From a virus (lineage: Duplodnaviria; Caudoviricetes): a stretch of DNA of 64,000 nucleotides. The translations under genes were made by a program, and so were the position numbers. The notes under the pieces are model-generated. The model was not told the origin of the DNA. It made no database searches and was given only the letters and a program-made list of their open reading frames with translations. Shown here in pieces: positions 57,399 to 64,000 of this stretch (the stretch's first letter is position 1; each line of letters opens with the position of its first letter). The DNA lies in the IMG/VR virus record IMGVR_UViG_3300044852_000015, positions 32,001-96,000 of that record; one strand, written 5' to 3'.

Positions 57399-58165
57399 GC
57401 TTTTACTCCAACGGGTTTTTGGTTTGTGTTATTAGAGGATGTTACTTTCAACTCAGCTTTCCACTGTCCGTTCTCGACCCAGAGTAAGATGAGCATCATG
57501 CTGTTGCGGATCAGGGTTGGTGTGTGACCCGTGTTCCAAGAGATACCCTCAAAGAACGTCAGGGTGAAGTTTCCATCGTAGACACGCACCAACAGCGAGT
57601 TGATCCTATCGCGATCAAAGTCACCCTCTTCCAGCTTCAAGTGGAAGTCATCACGAAGCGTTACATCCACAGCGTGATGGGTGTGATCCACCGAAATGAC
57701 TTTGTAGGGTTCCGACACGACATCGAAAGTTACCAAGGTCTGGATGGTAAAGTGTGGCTCTTCACGAGTCCCACTGAAACCAACACTGCGGATACCGAAG
57801 CTCAGATCACTCTCGGGTTCCTTCAGGAGCTGGCGAACGCGATCAGCCATCGGTCCCGTGGGTTTGAAACGACCAGTGAGTCTGTTCTCAGACACACCAC
57901 CCGCCACGATCATACCGCAGACCCGATCCTCGTACACAGCCGCTGCACGGTGGACTACGTCGCTGTACCCTAGATTATCGACGTTGGGTGTACCGAACTC
58001 CACGTAGATCGGAGTACGCTTGAGCAGTTCCTGGAACTTACCCTCAACCTGTTTAGGATCGTAGACCCGCCCGCTGGGGGCTGGTTTACCGAGGGTTGCC
58101 AAAGTGACGTAGTAATAACCGTCAGCATCAGGCGTGAGGTCTTTCACTGGATTATGTCCAATCAT
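57395..58165 (-). CDS. Prohead protease (phiKZ gp175/S80-like) paralog, catalytic residues altered, with C-terminal extension
   Basis: GYYYVTL, SGRVY, VEFGTP, EDRVC, KPTGP, FGIRS, VTFDVVSEP. Confidence 0.7.
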   Translation of the reverse strand: MIGHNPVKDLTPDADGYYYVTLATLGKPAPSGRVYDPKQVEGKFQELLKRTPIYVEFGTPNVDNLGYSDVVHRAAAVYEDRVCGMIVAGGVSENRLTGRFKPTGPMADRVRQLLKEPESDLSFGIRSVGFSGTREEPHFTIQTLVTFDVVSEPYKVISVDHTHHAVDVTLRDDFHLKLEEGDFDRDRINSLLVRVYDGNFTLTFFEGISWNTGHTPTLIRNSMMLILLWVENGQWKAELKVTSSNNTNQKPVGVKA

Positions 58166-58666
58166 ACTGGAACTCTTGGTGAAATGTCTGAAAGGTCTGA
58201 TAGCACCAAGTCCCACGTTACAATGGCCTTGAGATCAGTACGGTCAGCCGGGTTGGCAAACCCTCGCATCCTGAAAGACAGGGTATCGTCTTCAGTGGCT
58301 AAAATGTCTTGCACTAACGAGGCCATAGGACCCAGCGGTTTGAAGTGGGCGATCAGATGTTCGTCTCTACCACGTATGTCGGCACCCCCACGGATCAGTA
58401 CACCACACACCCGCCGTTCGTCAACAATAGTGCGGCGACTATGCGCTTCCAGTTGAGTCAGCATAGCGACTCGCGGCTGCCCGTATTCAACGTACATCGG
58501 AGCACCACGGTTCAAGCGATCAATGAACGCTTTGCGCACCGTGTCCGGCTGATACGTGAAACCGCCACGCTCGGGTGTTCCTAATTGACCGAGGACTACA
58601 CGGTAGTAACCGTCTTCGTCTACCTTCAGATGATTGACTTTGTTGTCACCAATCATACTGGAACTC
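58158..58666. repeat. 18-bp direct repeat CCAATCATACTGGAACTC at 58158-58175 and 58649-58666
   Basis: Exact repeat spanning the RBS/start of both protease-like genes. Confidence 0.85.
58162..58656 (-). CDS. Prohead protease (gp175/S80-like) paralog, catalytic residues altered
   Basis: GYYRVVLG, VEYGQP, ERRVC, KPLGP, FRMRG, VTWDLV. Confidence 0.7.
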   Translation of the reverse strand: MIGDNKVNHLKVDEDGYYRVVLGQLGTPERGGFTYQPDTVRKAFIDRLNRGAPMYVEYGQPRVAMLTQLEAHSRRTIVDERRVCGVLIRGGADIRGRDEHLIAHFKPLGPMASLVQDILATEDDTLSFRMRGFANPADRTDLKAIVTWDLVLSDLSDISPRVPV

Positions 58667-58820
58667 CTCGCTCGCGACAGGCTTGCTTGTATTCTTCGAT
58701 CATCGTGAAGAGGTTGTTCTTGTGGCGGATGTTCAGGCGGCGACAACGCTTGACCTTGGCCTCCTCTTTCTTAATGGCCGCTTGCATCTTTGCAAGTACT
58801 TCTTCTTGATCGTCTGGCAC
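58653..58820 (-). CDS. Small helical protein, 55 aa
   Basis: AAGGA RBS, GTG start, MPDDQEEVLAKMQAAIKK...GVPV; ATGA-coupled; translated by hand. Confidence 0.6.
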   Translation of the reverse strand: MPDDQEEVLAKMQAAIKKEEAKVKRCRRLNIRHKNNLFTMIEEYKQACRERGVPV

Positions 58821-58858
58821 GGTGAAATCCTTATTAAGATCAACTACGTGATACCCTT

Positions 58859-58878
58859 ACATAATTTGTACTTGAGAT
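58859..58878 (-). promoter_or_regulatory. Degenerate early-promoter-like motif
   Basis: Minus strand ATCTCAAGTACAAATTATGT; same spacing as the other copies. Confidence 0.4.
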
Positions 58879-58937
58879 ATTTTTGAATACAGATCGCGGC
58901 ATAAAGCCTAGGACTCACGCCCTAGGCGATACACGGG

Positions 58938-59597
58938 TTACTCTGGAAGTGTGAACAGTGTGTTAGCATCCGGAATAGTTGGCAGCTCAGCCAGAGTGGT
59001 GGCCGCAGTCACTCCGTCTTTAAAGCCCCAGATCTTCTGGTAGCCGATCGTGACCGCGCGGAAGGCAGCATCGGCCATCGCGACCAGTTCTTCAGCCGAC
59101 AACACCACACCGACGTTCTCGTACACGCGGAAGGGGAAGTTCATTGTTCCACCAGCAGCCACAACTTCCTTAGCGATAATGCGCAGGGAGGTGAGGTTAG
59201 ACCGATCGTCGTTACGGATCTGGACGTGGTACGTGCCCTCATTGAAGTCATAGGCGAAACCCCGTTCGAATTGACTGATGCGTAAGTCTTCAGCCGCACG
59301 TTGTAGTTCAGCTTTGCGGGTGGTCAACTGATCAGTAAGTTCTGATTGGGTGTAAGTCCGTTCGATCCAGCTTTGATGCCACTTACCCCCGATCAATTGT
59401 GGTGGACCGGCAACGACAACGTCATTCACTGGAATCGGTGTATCGTAAACGGGTTGGTACCCGAGTGCGACCATTTCCTCTACTTGAGGTTCTGTTGTGA
59501 AGCTGACCGTAGCTTTGAGTCGGTTACGGATCTGGTCCAATGTGATTGGATAGTCGCCAGTAGCAACCTCGATAAAACGAGTGTATTGAATTGACAT
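58938..59597 (-). CDS. Tail fibre assembly-like protein (DUF4376-like)
   Basis: YPITL, P....W.Q.W, C-terminal DUF4376-like pattern; follows the tail paralog array. Confidence 0.65.
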   Translation of the reverse strand: MSIQYTRFIEVATGDYPITLDQIRNRLKATVSFTTEPQVEEMVALGYQPVYDTPIPVNDVVVAGPPQLIGGKWHQSWIERTYTQSELTDQLTTRKAELQRAAEDLRISQFERGFAYDFNEGTYHVQIRNDDRSNLTSLRIIAKEVVAAGGTMNFPFRVYENVGVVLSAEELVAMADAAFRAVTIGYQKIWGFKDGVTAATTLAELPTIPDANTLFTLPE

Positions 59598-59609
59598 GAT
59601 TTGTGTTCC

Positions 59610-60533
59610 TTAAAAGACGAGTTCCAGAATTGGACGCCATGCGGTATAGATGTACGAGTAGGCCAAGGCTGCCGTCAGAACAGGGTCGGGGTTGACTGAG
59701 CCGTCCGGTCGGAAGATTATGGTATCTCCAGCCGTGGTAGTGACGTCTTTAGTGTACGCTTGACAGTTGGCCACCCACGTAAGGTCATCTAGTTGGATGG
59801 GGTTCACCTGACTGGTGCGCGTGAGGTACAGTGGTGAGATAATCTGATCGTATTCACCACCCACTTGGTTAGCCGGCACAGAACTGGCCGTCAAAGACCC
59901 TACACGGGTACCTGGGAGTCGAACCAAGAAGGTGTCTGCATTCTTCTGAACCGTGACGCCTTGTTGGATCGTTCCGTACGTAGATTTAGCTGCTGCTGAC
60001 CACGTACTCGGGTCATCCTTACCGTACACCAGACCCAATTGATACAGTGTCGCCCACGAAAGGGCGGTAGAGCCGTTCGCAATAGCCCGATCGGGAATGA
60101 ACAGGATCTTCCCGTTGTACACGATTTTAATCCACCAACTGGCAGCGTAGCCACCAGCAGCAGCGTACTGTGCCCCCAGTCCCACGATCTGACACAACTC
60201 GGCTGGACCGAACAAGTCCTCCACGGCTATACGACCAAATGTACCGTAGCTCCAGTCGCCTCGTAGGAGCTTCTGTGGACCCGGACCGGTATACGGCATG
60301 TACGCCAACGCCATATCAGCAGAGAGTGTTTCTTCACCGTTAGCGACCACACCGATGCGGTAGTGGTACGTTTGGTTACGAACGGCTGTGGCGTCTAGGT
60401 AGCTAAAAGTACCAGCAGCCACCTCAGCCAACGGAGTCGGTAAGGCGGTATCGAGAATCACGGTATCGGATCGGTAAACCCGAAACTTATCCACCGTGAT
60501 ATTTCGATCAACCCAATTAATGACGAGTGCCAT
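59610..60533 (-). CDS. Virion tail protein, phiKZ gp131-135-like family, N-terminal FN3-like domain
   Basis: GPGPQ.L..G....G.FG, W.K....GKILFIP, W..LY..GLVYG, WRPILEL. Confidence 0.75.
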   Translation of the reverse strand: MALVINWVDRNITVDKFRVYRSDTVILDTALPTPLAEVAAGTFSYLDATAVRNQTYHYRIGVVANGEETLSADMALAYMPYTGPGPQKLLRGDWSYGTFGRIAVEDLFGPAELCQIVGLGAQYAAAGGYAASWWIKIVYNGKILFIPDRAIANGSTALSWATLYQLGLVYGKDDPSTWSAAAKSTYGTIQQGVTVQKNADTFLVRLPGTRVGSLTASSVPANQVGGEYDQIISPLYLTRTSQVNPIQLDDLTWVANCQAYTKDVTTTAGDTIIFRPDGSVNPDPVLTAALAYSYIYTAWRPILELVF

Positions 60534-60542
60534 GATAACTCC

Positions 60543-61469
60543 TTAGGTCAGGATGAGTTCGAATACTGGGAGCCAACCAGGGGCCGGGTTGTAGCCCTGT
60601 TGGACGTTAGTGGCGACCATGGCGTCCATGTATGAGCCGTGACCGTTGGTGATGTTGTAGCCAGATGAGCTGAAGTGCTGCGTGAACGTGGAGTTCATCC
60701 ACGTACCTGGTGCTAGGTCGTTCCACTTGTCTTGTGGTGCCCAAGTATTTAGGGTATTACCCAAACGACCCAGCAGGTCTTCTATTTCGCTCGACTGTTG
60801 ATCGGCCTGACCGAGGGTCACGTAGGAGGACGTGGGTTTGTCACTGGCTTTGAATGACCGAACGATGAATTGGTACGCGCCAATCGAGAAGACTTTGTAC
60901 TGGTTGGCGGGTGCTGTGTAACCGGCAATAAGAACGCCGCTAGGAGCGAACGGGAACGCACCGTTGTCGTTGGTCCCGAAGACAAACCCAGCGTTGTAAA
61001 GTTGGCTAAAGGTGGGGCTTCCGAAGCTGTAGTTCGGGACGTAAAGGATCTTCCCTTTACGGACAAACTTGTGCCACAAGGTGACGTTACCATCGGAACC
61101 GGGACTTGAGTAGGGGTACACGGCGTTCAACAATGACGGTAAGGTCATTTGGACGGCGGGTACGGTCCCGAAGTAACCCAAGTTCCAATCACCACGTAAC
61201 AAGGTTTGTGAACCAGGTCCCGAATCAGGGAAATGTCCCTGAATCAATTGTTGACTCAACAGTTCCTGACCTGAGCGAACGTGACCCACGATGTAGTAGT
61301 AGACCGTGTTACGCACCGCCGCGGTATCGGCGTACGACGTAGCAGAACCTGCAATCGTTGCCAACGGGGTGGGGAGTGCGTTAGGGTCAATCGGGTTCGC
61401 AGAACGGTAAACGTTGATGCTCTCTGCGAGGGCCGCGTTAGCTGACCCCCAAGTGAGTGTAACTGACAT
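60543..61469 (-). CDS. Virion tail protein, gp131-135-like paralog
   Basis: Same motifs; ends GWLPVFEL. Confidence 0.75.
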   Translation of the reverse strand: MSVTLTWGSANAALAESINVYRSANPIDPNALPTPLATIAGSATSYADTAAVRNTVYYYIVGHVRSGQELLSQQLIQGHFPDSGPGSQTLLRGDWNLGYFGTVPAVQMTLPSLLNAVYPYSSPGSDGNVTLWHKFVRKGKILYVPNYSFGSPTFSQLYNAGFVFGTNDNGAFPFAPSGVLIAGYTAPANQYKVFSIGAYQFIVRSFKASDKPTSSYVTLGQADQQSSEIEDLLGRLGNTLNTWAPQDKWNDLAPGTWMNSTFTQHFSSSGYNITNGHGSYMDAMVATNVQQGYNPAPGWLPVFELILT

Positions 61470-61479
61470 AACCTACTCC

Positions 61480-62415
61480 TTACACCGCAGCCGGTTCAAT
61501 GAGTTCCAACACAGGCCACCATGCAACAGTACCAGTGTAAGCCAAGTAGTTTCGTTGGGCGAGGCTGGCTCGAGTGGCCCCGGCTGACCCTCGCAACAAG
61601 ATGTTTCCACTGGCGGCGTTAGTGACTTTTTCCTGCACTGCCGAATAGGTACCGCCGGTCAGTGTCGCCACTGCAATGTTCGCCCGGTTAGCCATACGCT
61701 GCACAGCAGGCACTAGGTTACAAAGAGGGTAAACCAAATCGTCCCATTCACAAGTGAATGTTTCTGTCGGTTCGGGGACCGTCGCGGCGGCTGGAAATAC
61801 GTTGTAGTCGTCATTGTAACCACGCATCAAACGCACGCGGTATTGGTCAGGTCCGATGGTAACTTTAGCCCCTTGGTTAACGTTAGCACCAGCGTTGTAC
61901 GGTCCGTTATCGTCCGAACCGAACACGATCCCGGCGTTGTACATTTGTTGCCAGGTAAGGCTGCCGGCGACCGCACCTTCTGGGATGAACAACACCTTCC
62001 CGTTACGGGCATACTTATGCCACTTTGGACTAACCGTGGAGACTGTACCTGACGCGAAGTTCACCGCTGTACGCAGGGCGTTGATGTTGATGAACGAGGC
62101 CGATGGAATAGTGCCAAAGTAACCATAGTTGTAGTCACCCACTTGCAGTGCGTTGGGTCCCGCGCCACGACGAGGCACTACGGTGATCGGGTAGTTCGGA
62201 GACACCGTACGGTCTGTTGCCGAGATCGTTTCAAACACGTAGTAGTACGTGGTGCCACGGGTCACGTTGGTATCATTGTAAGTGGTTTCACCGGCTGTCA
62301 AAGAAACAATCGGTGAGGACAGTGCAGCGCGATCCAGTGGAGCCAAGCCACGGTAGATGTTCACCGTAATGGCAGTGGCACCGTTGGGGTTGGTCCATGA
62401 CAATTTATTGTACAT
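61480..62415 (-). CDS. Virion tail protein, gp131-135-like paralog
   Basis: Same motifs; ends WWPVLEL. Confidence 0.75.
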   Translation of the reverse strand: MYNKLSWTNPNGATAITVNIYRGLAPLDRAALSSPIVSLTAGETTYNDTNVTRGTTYYYVFETISATDRTVSPNYPITVVPRRGAGPNALQVGDYNYGYFGTIPSASFININALRTAVNFASGTVSTVSPKWHKYARNGKVLFIPEGAVAGSLTWQQMYNAGIVFGSDDNGPYNAGANVNQGAKVTIGPDQYRVRLMRGYNDDYNVFPAAATVPEPTETFTCEWDDLVYPLCNLVPAVQRMANRANIAVATLTGGTYSAVQEKVTNAASGNILLRGSAGATRASLAQRNYLAYTGTVAWWPVLELIEPAAV

Positions 62416-62425
62416 TTAAAGCTCC

Positions 62426-63604
62426 TTACGGGTTATTAGTACCGCTAATACTGAAAGCGTTCAAGGCTGCGAGGCTGTATACAACATTCACAGGGTCAGC
62501 GACCAAGTCAGTCGGTGTCGCGGAGATACTAAAGGCGTTCAACCGTGCAATTTCATAAACCACATTCGCTGGGTCGGAGACTAGGTCAGACGGTGCTGCC
62601 GTGATATTGAACGGGTTCAGTCTCACGTTGGCACTGCCAACCACGTTGACTGGGTTCAACACTCCACCCGGATAGGTGGGGTCGATTATCACAGGTTGCT
62701 TCGTATTAACCGAAGACGTACCAATCAAGTTCACTGGGTTTAGCAGAGGGGGCGGGGTGCCATCAGGGGCTTGTGCCTGCTGTTGGAAAAGAATCGACGG
62801 AGGTTGTGGGGTGGCGGAGATACCCACGGTAACGCCCTGAGGATTCAACAGTGCATCCATCGGCAACAGTTCCAATATGGGTCGCCAAGCAGCATCCGTG
62901 TTGCCCGCATAGGTCTTCACGTTACTCGCACTACCGATGACCGCATAGACCGTGTATGTGGCACCTCGACTGTTAGCCTTGTTAACGTCCGTGGCTTGAG
63001 TCTCTTGGGTCCACGAAGCCATCGTACCACCCACACTGAGTGCACTAGCAGCTTGAGCATCCCACTTATCGGCGATGTTACCGTTACCCGACGTACAGAC
63101 TCGACCCAACAGTTGTTGCCATTCGCTGTTCGACGATTGTGGGTAAGCATCCAGTCCGGCACCCGGATAGGTGGGGTCTGGCCAACCCGTCATCAATCGG
63201 GGAATGAAGCCCCACGTAATCGGACCCTCCACCTTCGTGATCACGTTGTGTTGCCACGCTGCTGGCGTCGCCGGGTAAGCACCGTTCGACTTGGTCCCGT
63301 AAACGAGACCTGCCCCGTAGATGTCGTTCCAACTGATGAAGTTCTTAAGCTGCTGGTTCGGGACGTAAAGGATCTTCCCGTTGTAAGCAAACTTAAACCA
63401 GTACAGCCCTGCGGTGAAGCAGTCAACACCGAAGTTAGTGAAGTTCAACAACCGACCCAGTTCCAACGCACCAAACAATTCAGTGGTTGTTGTGGTTCCG
63501 AAGTACCCTAAAGTAAGGGTGCCGTATTTCAAAGTTTTGGGGCCAGGGCCAGAGGAGCCGTAATAGCTCCCTACTGGGGCTTTCCCAAGCATCATTTCTA
63601 ACAT
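62426..63604 (-). CDS. Virion tail protein, gp131-135-like paralog with C-terminal repeats
   Basis: MLEMM..GPGPKTL..GYFG, WRPILEL, then NP.N.V repeats. Confidence 0.75.
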   Translation of the reverse strand: MLEMMLGKAPVGSYYGSSGPGPKTLKYGTLTLGYFGTTTTTELFGALELGRLLNFTNFGVDCFTAGLYWFKFAYNGKILYVPNQQLKNFISWNDIYGAGLVYGTKSNGAYPATPAAWQHNVITKVEGPITWGFIPRLMTGWPDPTYPGAGLDAYPQSSNSEWQQLLGRVCTSGNGNIADKWDAQAASALSVGGTMASWTQETQATDVNKANSRGATYTVYAVIGSASNVKTYAGNTDAAWRPILELLPMDALLNPQGVTVGISATPQPPSILFQQQAQAPDGTPPPLLNPVNLIGTSSVNTKQPVIIDPTYPGGVLNPVNVVGSANVRLNPFNITAAPSDLVSDPANVVYEIARLNAFSISATPTDLVADPVNVVYSLAALNAFSISGTNNP

Positions 63605-63662
63605 AATTCTTCACCCTTGTTAACTATAGCACACCCCACGGTGTGCTATGTATGTCGTTAAT

Positions 63663-64000
63663 TTAGGGGACCAACTCCAGAACTGGCCTCCATCCGTAAC
63701 CTGGATAGGCAGTGTCATCTGGTTCGTACCAAATGCCTGCAAAGCCTGGATAACCACGCAACAGGTGACCACCAGAAGTACTGGCCTCTTTACAGATCTG
63801 CAATTCCCCGTTGGAAGTACCGCCGGTCCAACCCATGTCGGATGGTGTGTTCGTACCCCAAGCGCCATCACTACCTGGGTAGCTAGTAGTCACGCGCAGG
63901 AAGTAGTTGTTGTACTCACCACCGGCAACGCCGGATGGGTCGCTTCCATCACCACCAGTCATGGCCCGAACTTTGTACGTCAGTCCGCCGATCACCACTG
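63663..64000 (-). CDS. Virion tail protein, gp131-135-like paralog (5' truncated by window edge)
   Basis: YKVR.MTG, GWRPVLEL. Confidence 0.7.
   Translation of the reverse strand, partial: VVIGGLTYKVRAMTGGDGSDPSGVAGGEYNNYFLRVTTSYPGSDGAWGTNTPSDMGWTGGTSNGELQICKEASTSGGHLLRGYPGFAGIWYEPDDTAYPGYGWRPVLELVP

Noticed and set aside
59610-64000. Diversity-generating retroelement
   Set aside because: No reverse transcriptase or near-identical TR/VR pair visible in the window
1-64000. CRISPR array, tRNAs, IS elements, integrase, introns
   Set aside because: No regularly spaced repeats, cloverleaves, transposase/integrase or homing endonuclease motifs seen; the core genes are uninterrupted

Overview
A 64-kb segment of a phiKZ-like (nucleus-forming) jumbo myovirus; the near-Pseudomonas Dcd sequence suggests a Pseudomonas host. 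Positions 1-13 kb hold the conserved core block: portal (gp129-like, partial), non-virion RNAP beta-N subunit (gp123-like), major capsid protein (gp120-like), a gp119-like gene and a divergent DnaB helicase (gp118-like). Positions 13-59 kb are a mostly minus-strand accessory region driven by repeated TATATTAC-type early promoters. It carries DHFR, NAD-dependent ligase, NrdAB, ThyA, Dcd, a Nudix protein, a NARP1-type NAD-reconstitution pair (PRPS-like plus NAMPT-like), and HD, SLOG, DUF4262, DUF1353 and TAXI proteins among many unknowns. Positions 59-64 kb are an array of gp131-135-like tail paralogs. The most unusual observations are: two tandem prohead-protease paralogs with mutated catalytic His/Ser in an apparently early coupled operon; a proteasome/HslV-like Ntn gene pair; a degenerate intein-like insert in NrdA; a stand-alone AlaRS fragment; and a conserved TTTATGCC motif after most terminators. 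All family calls are from motif recognition by eye; no searches were run.
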